Assembly: GCA_032718475.1 (NCBI GenBank)
Contig: JAUCBJ010007195.1
Span: 29,277 to 93,276 of the forward strand
Reading direction: 5' to 3'
Source of the DNA: Nemertoderma westbladi
Lineage: Eukaryota; Animalia; Xenacoelomorpha
Length of the DNA: 64,000 bases
The notes beneath the pieces were generated by a model. That model was not told where the DNA came from. It made no database searches and saw nothing but the letters and a program-made list of their open reading frames with translations. The translations under genes and the position numbers were made by a program. Numbering within the stretch: the stretch's first letter is position 1; every line of letters begins with the position of its first letter. Positions 15,306 through 28,200 of the stretch are shown one piece after another.

Positions 15306-18300
15306 GATATATGTTTAATTCGGTCAAGCCGACAAATATAAGGTTAGATATGAGCACTGTACTGCACGTTAAATATAGATTTAAACACAACATATTAATA
15401 TTAAATGGCATCATAATAATACAAAAGATTAAAATGTTGCTTTGCACAACAAGTTGGCGAGTAAAAAGGCGCCCCGCGGCACAGCGCCAACAACAAGTAA
15501 AATGTCTATATATTTAATCATATAAGATCATATAAAATGACGAATTACAATATTAACAATTATTGTAGACATAAAACCCATAATATTATAAGTACAATTC
15601 AGCATCTTAAAATGTGCTAGGCACAGGGGCATTTCTTAATAAAATCAGGTTTTTATTTACATTATTGGGTATTAAAAATCGGTGAGTTTGTTTCATTTGG
15701 GTCCTCGTTCAGAAGTTCAGTATGTTTACTGAAATACTGTATGATCCTGTCGTGTTTTTGATTAAAAGTGATGTTTGAGATCTTATAAGTGTTCCTAATG
15801 AAATTCAAGTTAATTGTCTCCAGGCAGGTTAATTTTCCCATGTCAAGACGAGATGCAATTCCTTTTTTATCAAATCTGGATGTCAGCATTGTCATTAGCG
15901 CCGGCATTGCACACCTACTGCTGGTTAGGTGATAGGCACTGCCGACTCCTTTATATCTTTGTCGTTTATTCAGTTGCATGGTGATAAGTAGGGTGGTTTG
16001 TACCGGTGGAATGGGACATTTATATATGTTGATTAAAGTCCCTATGGCATGAGTTAGGGCCAGCTTAGAAAGTGAGTTGGAGTTAAATAGGTTGTAAATG
16101 GTTGTGTTGTTTACGTACGTCCCCAAGGATAGTAGTCCCCGAAGTTGTTTGCGGTAATGCACCTCCAGATGATGTATTTGTGTGTCTGACATCCCTCCTA
16201 TGTAGAACTTAAGACCATATAGGATGGCGGGTATGGCGACCATTCTCCAGAGGTAAGCCACGGTGTCGATATCCAGGTTTTGTACTGACCATCCATTTTT
16301 ATGGAAAGCTCCACCTATCGCGGATATCACCCTGATGCATTTGCTTGAGAGATTATTGAACTTGTTTTTGGTTATTTCCACACCCAAAAATTTAATTGAG
16401 TCTGACTCAGGGACCAGTACACCATTAATTTTGATGAAAGTTGTGGGAGATTTTTGTGATGTGTGCATCCAGTTGGATTTAGAGGGTTCAATTTTCAAGT
16501 TTAAGGTGTTTGCTTCCGATATCGCGATGCTAACCATTGACTCCATGTCTGATTGAGTGGTAGTTAACAAAATTATGTCATCAGCGTAACATAGTGCTCC
16601 TAACCATGTGGATGTAATCCAACAACCTAGTCCAGACTCCTCTAATTTCGTGAGAATATTGCAGGTGTAGATGTTAAAAAGTGTTGGTGATAATAGTGAT
16701 CCCTGTTTCACCCCCTTATCAATTTCAATTGGACCGTCATAAATGATTCCGTTAAACTTGAGGTATATCATGGAGACAGAGTAGTAATCAATCAGGGTTA
16801 GAAGTATGTGAGAGTTAATTTTGCCTTTCAATTTATTGAATAAAATGTTGTGGTTTACTTCGTCAAATGCAGATGATATATCGAGTTTGCAAATGTAAAG
16901 TGGTGATCCACCCTGATTGAAATATTCCATACATTCTAGTATACAAGCAATCACCATGTCAGTCCCAGCCTTTTTTTTGTATCCACATTGGTAGTTACTT
17001 GTGAGTCCCTGTGTGTTGACCTCTGTGAGGAAATTATTCAGTACAGTGTACTTATATACCTTTGCTAGTAGGCTGACAATGGAAATTGGTCGATACGAGT
17101 TCAGTTGTAATGTATTCCTCTTGTTGCCCTTATATATGTACGTTGTGATTGTCTTTCCAAATGACGTTGGAACCTTACCAAGCCGGAAGCAACAGTTGAG
17201 TATATTACTCAGTAGAAGTGTTGTTTTGTCTGGATCAGTATGGAGCAGGTGTTCAACCGTCAGAGAATTTATATCTGGAGACTTTCGCCTGGCCAAGTGC
17301 CTCACCGCTAGTTTAATTACGTCAGGTGACACTGTAGGAATGCTCTCCTGTTGACTCAATTTTAGAACTTCCATTCTAATTGTGTCCGTTTGTGTGTTAC
17401 CGTTTGTGCTGTGGTTCATGTTAGCCGAACAGATATGTGAGTTTGTTATCGATTCCTGTACGGATCTCGGTATTCTTTGCGGCCCTTTCTTCTTGAAGAA
17501 GTCCCACAACTTGTGTGGGTCATGTCTATGGTTCATTGCAGCATGTCGTAAGTTGTGCTGTATCTTTTCCTTTACAAGGTGATTGTGTAACCGACGTATG
17601 AGTTTCTTTGCCTCCTTGAATGTTTCCCATTTTTTACCTTTGGCGGGAGCGTTTGTTTCACAGAGTTCCAAATATTAAATAAGTCTTTTGTTGTTTTAGT
17701 TCTTTCTTTGAGTGTCTTCGACTGTATCCATGTCTTTTTAGACTTTTTTATATCTACCCTCATAAGTTTCGGTATGTGATGTGATGCTGCTGTGTTTAAA
17801 ATTTGTTCGAGATCACATGATACAGAGTTGAGGTTTTCCTGTGTCCATGCCAGACTATCCAGTCCATATTTTAGACTAAGGTTCTGCAGCCCTTGGTCCA
17901 CCTCTTGTTTGTAATCTTCTAGATTATTTTTACTTGCTTTGTCCCATCGATGCCTTGAGATAGTTATTGTGGCCTTCTTTGGTATAACATCATCTTCTGA
18001 TTTGCTACCTATCAATATTTGCATCGTAGCATGTATCGGACTATGATCTGATAAATTTTCAACTAGATCCTTTTTTACTATTTTTCCAGAAATAGTGGGA
18101 GCTATGTGGGTTGGAACTACAATATGATCTATGTACGACACTGGATTATTGTTCCTATAGAATGTGTAGCATGGTCCCGAGAAGGAGTTCCAAGTGTCTA
18201 CCGCAGCAAGGTCATTTGATTCTAAAAGGGTACTGAACTGTTTACCTCGACAGGTGGCATTATATCTATTATATCTGTTTCCCTGCATGTCTCCAATGTC

Positions 18301-18731
18301 GGCATTCGCATCCATCAACAGTATAGGTATTGAGTGTTGATTCCCATGGAGTATCCCCTCAATTTTTCCTAGAAAGTCATCGTATGTAGAATTGGCCTTA
18401 CTGGAGTCAGGGCCATAACATGAGAGAGCTGTGTATTGTTGTTCCCTGTTTATAAGGTTAAATGTGGCCCCCACGATATTGTCGCCGCTCTCAACTCTTG
18501 TATAGTTGTGGATGATTGATTTACGTAGGAAGAGGGCTGTCCCTCCAGCTCCTCTGGCGCGGTAGGGGTTGCCCATTAAATCACTAGTGAGTGACTCACA
18601 GTAGAATTCATTGTGGAATGACATTAGCAGGTCTTTAGACTCAATATCATTGAGCCAGTGTTCCTGTATTCCCACAATATCACAATCTGTTAAGATGTTG
18701 TATAAGTAACTGGCTGAGTTTTTGAATCCGT
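15306..18731 (-). mobile_element. 5'-truncated non-LTR retrotransposon (APE endonuclease + RT; RTE-X/CR1-L2-like, clade uncertain) inserted in the satellite
   Basis: Endonuclease motifs GIQEHWL, MDANA, SYIDHI and SDHSPI; RT motifs YRPISIVS, LDISSAFD, GVKQGSLLSPTLF, YADD and FLGV. 3' UTR ends near ATTAAA with no poly(A). The sequence aacta flanks both ends (15301-15305, 18732-18736). Confidence 0.93.
15662..18730 (-). pseudogene. LINE ORF2 (endonuclease-RT), N-terminally truncated, with one frameshift near 17670
   Basis: The endonuclease lies in the frame of ORF 17572..19212 and the RT in ORF 15662..17671. The frames switch around ...KDLFNIW / ELCETNAP... Confidence 0.85.
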
Positions 18732-21546
18732 AACTAACCTTTACTCTAACTATAACACACAAACTAACCTTAATTCTAACTATAACACACAAACTAACCT
18801 TAATTCTAACTATAACACACAAACTAACCTTAATTCTAACTATAACACACAAACTAACCTTAATTCTAACTATAACACACAAACTAACCTTAATTCTAAC
18901 TATAACACACAAACTAACCTTAATTCTAACTATAACACACAAACTAACCTTAATTCTAACTATAACACACAAACTAACCTTTACTCTAACTATAACACAC
19001 AAACTAACCTTAATTCTAACTATAACACACAAACTAACCTTAATTCTAACTATAACACACAAACTAACCTTTACTCTAACTATAACACACAAACTAACCT
19101 TAATTTTAACTATAACACACAAACTAACCTTAATTTTAACTATAACACACAAACTAACCGTAATTCTAACTATAACACACAAACTTACACACACACAACA
19201 CAACACACACACATAACTAACCTTAATCTAACTTTAACACACAAACTAACCTTAATTCTAACTATAACACACAAACTAACCTTAATTCTAACTATAACAC
19301 ACAAACTAACCGTAATTCTAACTATAACACACAAACTAACCTTAATTTTAACTATAACACAAAAACTAACCTTAATTTTAACTATAACACACAAACTAAC
19401 CTTTACTCTAACTATAACACACAAACTAACCTTTACTCTAACTATAACACACAAACTAACCTTAATTATAACTATAACACACAAACTAACCTTAATTTTA
19501 ACTATAACACACAAACTAACCTTAATTCTAACTATAACACACAAACTTACACACACACAACACAACACACACACATAACTAACCTTAATCTAACTTTAAC
19601 ACACAAACTAACCTTAATTCTAACTATAACACACAAACTAACCTTAATTCTAACTATAACACACAAACTAACCGTAATTCTAACTATAACACACAAACTA
19701 ACCTTAATTTTAACTATAACACAAAAACTAACCTTAATTTTAACTATAACACACAAACTAACCTTTACTCTAACTATAACACACAAACTAACCTTTACTC
19801 TAACTATAACACACAAACTAACCTTAATTATAACTATAACACACAAACTAACCTTAATTCTAACTATAACACACAAACTAACCGTAATTCTAACTATAAC
19901 ACACAAACTAACCTTAATTTTAACTATAACACAAAAACTAAACCTTAATTTTAACTATAACACACAAACTAACCTTTACTCTAACTATAACACACAAACT
20001 AACCTTTACTCTAACTATAACACACAAACTAACCTTAATTTTAACTATAACACACAAACTAACCTTAATTTTAACTATAACACACAAACTAACCTTAATT
20101 TTAACTATAACACACAAACTAACCTTTACTCTAACTATAACACACAAACTAACCTTTACTCTAACTATAACACACAAACTAACCTTAATTCTAACTATAA
20201 CACACAAACTAACCTTAATTTTAACTATAACACACAAACTAAGCTTAATTATACATATAACACACAAACTAACCTTAATTCTAACTATAACACACAAACT
20301 AACCTTAATTCTAACTATAACACACAAACTAACCGTAATTCTAACTATAACACACAAACTAACCTTAATTTTAACTATAACACACAAACTAACCTTAATT
20401 TTAACTATAACACACAAACTAAGCTTAATTCTAACTATAACACACAAACTAACCTTAATTCTAACTATAACACACAAACTAACCTTAATTCTAACTATAA
20501 CACACAAACTAAGCTTTACTCTAACTATAACACACAAACTAAGCTTAATTCTAACTATAACACACAAACTAACCTTAATTATAACTGTAACAAACAAACT
20601 AACCTTAATTCTAACTATAACACACAAACTAACCTTTACTCTAACTATAACACACAAACAAACCTTAATTTTAACTATAACACACAAACTAACCTTAATT
20701 CTAACTATAACACACAAACTAACCTTAATTCTAACTATAAGACACAAACTAACCTTAATTCGAACTATAACACACAAACTAACCTTAATCTAACTTTAAC
20801 ACACAAACTAACCTTAATTCTAACTATAACACACAAACTAACCTTAATTCTAACTATAACACACAAACTTACACACACACAACACAACACACACACATAA
20901 CTAACCTTAATCTAACTTTAACACACAAACTAACCTTAATTCTAACTATAACACACAAACTAACCTTAATTCTAACTATAACACACAAACTAACCGTAAT
21001 TCTAACTATAACACACAAACTAACCTTAATTCTAACTATAACACACAAACTAGCCTTAATTCTAACTGTAACACACAAACTAACCGTAATTCTAACTATA
21101 ACACACAAACTAACCTTAATTCTAACTGTAACAAACAAACCAACCTTAATTCTAACTGTAACAAACAAACTAACCTTAATTCTAACTGTAACAAACAAAC
21201 TAACCTTAATTCTAACTGTAACACACAAACTAACCGTAATTCTAACTATAACACACAAACTAACCTTAATTCTAACTGTAACAAACAAACCAACCTTAAT
21301 TCTAACTGTAACAAACAAACTAACCTTAATTCTAACTGTAACAAACAAACCAACCTTAATTCTAACTGTAACACACAAACTAACCTTAATTCTAACTGTA
21401 ACACACAAACTAACCTTAATTCTAACTATAACACACAAACTAACCTTAATTCTAACTATAACACACAAACTAACCTTTACTCTAACTATAACACACAAAC
21501 TAACCTTAATTCTAACTGTAACAAACAAACTAACCTTAATTCTAAC
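18732..21546. repeat. Continuation of the 30-bp satellite (~94 units), more diverged toward the exon at 21535
   Basis: Same unit. Variants ctgtaac and acaaacaaac concentrate at 21060-21530. Confidence 0.97.
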
Positions 21547-22277
21547 ACTGTCAACTTCCAAATTTACTGTACAGCCGTGTTGTTTCCCATTAACGAGGAT
21601 CCGGTAACCAAGGGAAACGGTATCGTCATCGGGCGATCGACCAACCGGGGTCCAATGAATAGTGGCGTTGAGTACGCCGGTAGAATCCTCAAGAAGTACC
21701 AAAGATTCCTCCAACTGTTGATCCAGATCAACCAAAGTGTGAGCGAGTTTGTTTAACTGGAAGTCAGACAGTCGAAATGTTAATAAGTAATGATTATAAT
21801 AATTATTGATAAAGATACTTTCTGGTAATATACTATCAAATAATATAGTAACAAATTTATACAATTAATATAGAACTTATCAATGATACAACCTTACATA
21901 TTATTCATTATACAAGCGCATTACGCTGCTATTTTGCCTGTCTTAATAATTTTAGGCCTACAAAGAATATCCGTAGATTAACACTCCGTAAAACAAGCGA
22001 CGCTAAACTTTTGGCATATAAATGGACAGTAAGGAATAATAAAGCTTACCTGTACATCTTGTTGGGTACTGCTAGCCACTCTCTGGTCGTGTTTATGGAA
22101 CTCTATCTCCCGCAGTATTTGGTCCCGTTTATTGACTATGTCGCTAGTAGATTGCTCCAACGCCAACCTCTCATCTACACCATGTACCTCCACAGTGATG
22201 TCGGGTGGTGTAGCTAATATGGCCGGTTTCAATCCACATAGTCTCTCGCTATCTATTGGTCCCGGCACTCCATAAGC
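21535..22277 (-). CDS. Two FN3-gene exons (coiled-coil segment followed by an FN3 domain)
   Basis: Phase-0 exons of 228 and 222 nt. The junction reads QQDVQ/LNKLAHTL, and the second exon ends DSVRIK|GTTAGT. Confidence 0.85.
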
Positions 22278-25200
22278 CTATTGTAATTAAATACGTATCA
22301 CGTCTTATTATAATACTACTCGGAATGTTGAAATTAAGAAACTTAATTTCATGTGGTCAAAAACATAACAAAGGGATCATAAAAGCTCGAATAAGTTTTT
22401 GAGTTTATTTTTTCACTTTTTCCATTATGGTAAAGGAGCGGGTTACAGTGCAGTCAGTACTATTTAACCAAAACAATAGACTAATTTCCCTTTATAATGT
22501 GTATTCACTCTCCTCTTGAGACCTTTTATATCTTCATGAGCAACACCAACAACCCTCTCTCTCCCTGCACTGCAAATTATGTTATGAATGATTGTATGGT
22601 AGATGCTATGACATTGTATGAGACATGAGACAGGGTATGAGACATGATATGAGACATTGGATTAACACTTGGTAATTAAAGTGAATCCGTGTTTTTTTAC
22701 CAAATTCCGGATTAAGTAAACATATGAATCCGTGTTTTAGTTTTACACTTCATCCAGTGTTGAGCTTAATATATGAATGCGTGATTAAACACCGCTCCGG
22801 ATCTTAAACATAAATACACCCAGTTTCGGATTCAGTAGATTTAGTGTATCAGTATCACTATGCAGGGCTCCACGGATTACACCTAGTAATAGTGTATCAG
22901 TATCACTATGCAGGGCTCCACGGATTACACCTAGTAATAGTGTATCAGTATCACTATGCAGGGCTCCACGGATTACACCTAATCAGTATCACTATGCAGG
23001 GCTCCACGGATTACACCTAATAATAGTGTATCAGTATCACTATGCAAAATCTAGAAAAAAATCGCCTCCGCTTTGCAGGACATTGCATTCGCCGTGAGAA
23101 CCAGCCAGTGCATAATCTTGCACTTTGGCAGCCTCATGGAGTGAATAAGCATGGTGGACAGCCCATGACTTTCTTGAGACGCATCTTAAAGGACACCGGC
23201 CTTAAAGATGCGGATGATCTAGCAAATGTCATGGGTGATAGGGAGTTGTGGCGGTGCAATTTTGTTGACAAGCCGGCACAGCATTCTTAAAAATGCAGCT
23301 GCAATGCAGCATGCCGATCCTAGATCATTATGCAGGGATCCACGGATTACACCTAGTAATGTAAATTCTATCGAGTTCCATAGGAACAATAATAAATGAT
23401 AGTATGCAGATCCCGATCCGCGTTATTTACCATCCTTTCAAATATTTTTATCAATAATTTTTATCAAATATTATCATTGTTAAATTTGAATATAAAATTA
23501 ATATGAACTCCACATACTATACAAAACATACTATTAATATAATTATAAAATATCAGTTGCTTACAAATTTAGCGAATATATAATTATAATAATTGCACTT
23601 ATTAATTATTATTATTATTATTAGTAATTAAATATTTCATAAACGAAAAATAACGTAAAATAGAAAGAAAACTAACACCATAAGACCATACTGAAAAACA
23701 CTGACCAGGGATAATTTACCAACCTGACCGATAAAAGTTTATGGTGGTGAAAAAGAATGTACCTCGCTGGTAGAACCATGGATCGCTGGTAGAACCATGG
23801 ATCGCTGGTAGAACCATGGATCGCTGGTAGAACCATGGATCGCTGGTAGAACCATGGATCGCTGGTAGAACCATGGATCGCTGGTAGAACCATGGATCGC
23901 TGGTAGAACCATGGATCGCTGGTACAATATTATTTACCAACGTTGGTTAATTAGTATAGTTAACTATCAAATATTTATACAATTGCGAATTAATTAATAA
24001 AATTATTAAGTATAAATGATTAATTAAATATAAATAGCCTTTACTATAAACAATACAGATAAAAAGGTATAGAAATAAAGTTACTTGGTATAAATAGAAA
24101 AGTTGCAAAAAAATAGTAACGCCTTTCAAATAAACTTGAAGCACAAAAGTTTAATTAGTAAAAACAAATTAAATGTAGAAAACGTGTTCAATGGAGTTTT
24201 ACATGTAAATAAAATAAAATTATATAAAATAAACAGCGGAAAGTTATTGCAAGGTAGAGGAGGAGTCGGTTTCCTCGCTGGGTGTTAGACTAAAGGGGAG
24301 TTGGTAATGGGAGTTAGCAACGAGACTGGAGACATGGATGGGGCCGTACGGGGACTTCTGGGACAGACTCACTTGTTGTTTGGCGGCGCACTGAAGCAGG
24401 AAGTTGAACGTAAGGGCGGCCGACATGCGGGAGTTCCTAGAAGGTTGACAGAACTCGGAGAACAGCGTCGGAACGGCGGAGCGCAACGAGGAACGGATGT
24501 TGGAATCGGCGAGAACTTTAGCGTGGCGGTAGAACTTCGGGTCGAAGGAACTGGAGGTGGAGAAACGCGACCGACTCGATAACATAGACGACTGCTGGAC
24601 GGAGGAGTCGGACTCGCGTTGCTCAGCAACCAGACTAGGTCTACCCATCTCTATATCGGGGACCTGGGGGACCGAGGTATCTGTAACCATGGCAACCTCT
24701 GATATATCCCGGAAGTATTCCGTCCCCGGAACAATGCCGGAAGTGCCGGTCACCGAATCCTGGAGGGACTCCCGGAGCTGGCCCAACATCCCCTCCACCG
24801 CCGGGCCCAAAGTGTCCGACTTCTCGGACAACCCGGACACCCGTCTGTCCGACTCGGCGAGCGAGGCGTCCGGGACGATGTGGCCGCTGCGCTGCGGCTC
24901 GACGGACGTCTCTAGCGAGCGGAAGGGCTCCGGGAGCGACAGATCCGCGGTGCGGTTCCGTTCGGTAGGGGGTGCTGGACCCAGCGGCAGGGTCGCTGTC
25001 CCTGGGACGCCCGGTCGACGGCCCCACAGCCGTCCGTGCAGCTCCCCGGAGAGCCCCGGCAGTCGGCGACTTGGGCCCCCCATATCGATCCTCCCGGACT
25101 CTCGGAGTCCCACGGCCGTGTCGTCCACGAATATGTCGCTGGGATGCCAACATATTCCCTCAGAGTGGCCGATGTTAAACTTAAGCGTGGCGACAGGCAG

Positions 25201-28200
25201 GGAAATGACGTTGTCTACGCGGAGCTTCCGCTTACGGGGCCTAGGCGGGCCGACCGCTGGGGCGGCCTGGGGAGCTAACCCGTCGGTTTGGGGAGCTAAC
25301 CCGTCGGGTTGGGGAGCTAACCCGTCGGGTTGGGGAGCTAACCCGTCGGGTTGGGGAGCTAACCCGTCGGGTTGGGGAGCTAACCCGTCGTGTTGGGGAC
25401 CTAACCCATCACCTTGGGGACCTAACCCATCGGGTTGGGGAGCTAACCCGTCGGGTTGAGGGGCTAACCCGTCGGGTTGAGGAGCTAACCCATGGGGACC
25501 CATCTCCCCTTGCCCAGGCACATCGGTATCCATAACGACGGGTACGGACTGCTCAACCCCTCCTTCCAGTACAACCGGCCCCTCCCCGGAGACCGCTGTG
25601 AGTCTTGCAGACTCGTTGGCGCCGCGAGAAAGACCCAACGAGCCAGCCAACCCGCGGGGCCCCTCTACGGCGACGTCGGACTCCGAAGTGGCTCCCGGCG
25701 TCGCCAACCGCTTGCGTTTACCGTCGCCGGGGGGGCCGGAGTCTGGGGGGATGGGCCGCTTCCGTCTGCCGGGTTCCCTGGTGGGTGGTCCCTCGGGAAC
25801 CACTCCTGGGGGGCCCTCGTCGGGAACCGGTGCCCCCTCCGTACGGCGGCCCCCTTCCCCCTCCCTACGGCCCCCTTCCCCCTCCATACGGCCCCCTTCC
25901 CCCTCCCTACGGCCCCCTTCCCCCTCCTTACGGCCCCCTTCCCCCTCCTTACTGCCCCCTTCCCCTACCTTACCGCCCCCCTTCCACCCCTCCACCACCG
26001 AATCCCTACTAACCATCTCCTCGTACCCAAACGATGCCAACTGCTGGAGGAACTGTTCCTCTCGTTCCGCAAACGACAGATGTTCGTCGCCGAAGGTCTC
26101 GGGCCCGAACACTGACTCGGGGGCGAGGGCCGGTGGTTCCAGCAGGGTGATGCTCCGTATATCCTGCACGACAGTGCGGTCCGCGGCGTCCGGGCGGGGT
26201 ATCAGCGCGGGTCCGAGGTCCGGAAACCCATCCCCGGAGCCCCGGAGCTGCCGACTCACCTCCCGCAGGAACGGGTCGTTATCCGCGTCGAACAGCATCC
26301 CGAAGGCCGCCTCCAACTCGATGTGGTCGTCCGGTATGTTTATACAATGGCCGCCACCCAACGCATCCGCGTTCAGGTTGACCAGCTGTTGGTCCCGTCT
26401 GGCCGATGTTATCGAGACCATGCGATAAACTCCCTTGCGAGCCTTCAAAGCGTCTTCGTGAAGACGAATCATCTGGTATTCGTAAACCCGAACGATCCCG
26501 CCGTATAGAATAGCAGCTAATCGCAACGACATTTTCCCCTTCGGGCTTAAATTCCCTCTGCTTAACTCCACGTGAATACCCTGGAGGTATTTCAGAACTT
26601 CCACGCAGGAAGTAGAAATGGAACTTTTCAAGAAATTACGAAATATATTCGGTTGTTTGTTCTGAGCCTCTTTGTATGTCAACCGGTGGATTCCGGCGTA
26701 CCAAAATATACCCAGGGGGGTGTGCAACGAACATATCTTATTCTCCCAAAACATTACGTAACTGATCGTATGGCAGTATGGTGAACACAACGCAAAAGTT
26801 TTAACACAAAAATATTAAAGATTAAACAACAAAAACAAATAAACACAAACCAAATAACGTTAACTAAAAAAACTCTAAAGAAAATAACCTATTTAATTCA
26901 AAATTTAACTAGGCCTACCGTAAACCCTTTGATCCAACTCTTAAAATAAAACAGGAGGAAATCCCGATATCGTGTCTGGCCGGGCAAATTGATGGATGCA
27001 AGAAAGTTTCAGTTATGAGTTAAATACATAGGCCAAAGATTACCGGTAGGCCTAGGCCTACCGGTATGCTTGTCCAGATGTCGTTAATAAAGTGAAAGGT
27101 TACATGGATGATAAACGCTTGGATAGAAACAAAACAATAAACAAAAGTCAATAGGTATAGGCCTACTTACATCATGAAGAATCAGGATAAATCTATCGGT
27201 GCCGGTAGCGTCATACTGGCAAATTTAAACAACGAAACGAACGTCTGATAGTTGGAAACTGATAGTAAATTGATAGGTGAATTGTTACCGGTAGCGGTAG
27301 GGCAAGAGGAGCCAGTCGCCATGCGGTACGGGAACGGTAGGCTAGAGTGGATTCGGTAGAATGCCGCATGAGGGGAAATGTGACGACAGATGTTCATGAC
27401 ATAACATAGTAGAAAGATTAAAGTAAAGGGTATTATAGAAAGTAACGTTGAACGATAAATTTAATTCCTTCTTGAGTAAACTCTACAGCGTCAGGCGGTA
27501 GTCCGCCGAATATGAAGCTATTAAGTACGTACTGCCGGTGCCGGTGCGGGGTCTTAAATTATTGCCCATCAAGTAGACATCCCTCATCCTTTCCGCTTCA
27601 TCATATTGTGCGACTCTAATCTCTCTTCACAAAGTTAAATTAGATGTGGTGGAAATAAACTGACCCGCCCTAACCGTAAACTTTATTCTCATCGACAATC
27701 AGTGCGTGCGGCTGTCTCTGCTCAGTCGGAGGGTTGTCTAGTTGGTCATGTAGAAAACTTATGAGTCTAGGTTTCTGAGATCAGCTGACAGCTGATCTCA
27801 TCGTTTACGAAATTTTACCACATTGCCTGCATTACCATTAAGTAAATTATAAGTTTTATACTGTTTTATACTAGGATGCTAGGCGTTGCACGCGGTAGCA
27901 TCTTATGGCCAAAACCTAGCTCTACCCTACAGACCCGAAGGATGACTCACTTGATGGCCTTAGCTATCGTAGAAAAGATCTACCTGTGATTGATCGCGGC
28001 CAACTGGTTGTTGAGAGGAAAGAGGGAGGTTAACCCATGAGATTCCTGAAACCTCCAGTCCAGTACAAGAAGATAATGCAATGGCTGGTCGCACCAAGGA
28101 CAACGAGTATAGTAAATGTTTTGGGTGATTTTGGTAGAAAATTTTATTGTGATCAATAATCCAAATGATAACCGACTTGAATAATTGAGGATTTTGTATA

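Noticed and set aside
850-20777. Long (VSLCVIVRIK)n ORFs up to 1683 aa
   Set aside because: They are a by-product of a stop-free 30-bp unit, lack ATG starts and are broken by random indels.
23672-23940. Three overlapping short ORFs
   Set aside because: Translations of the 19-bp minisatellite.
24301-26508. Plus-strand ORFs opposite rec8
   Set aside because: Antisense shadows of a GC-rich CDS with no recognisable motifs.
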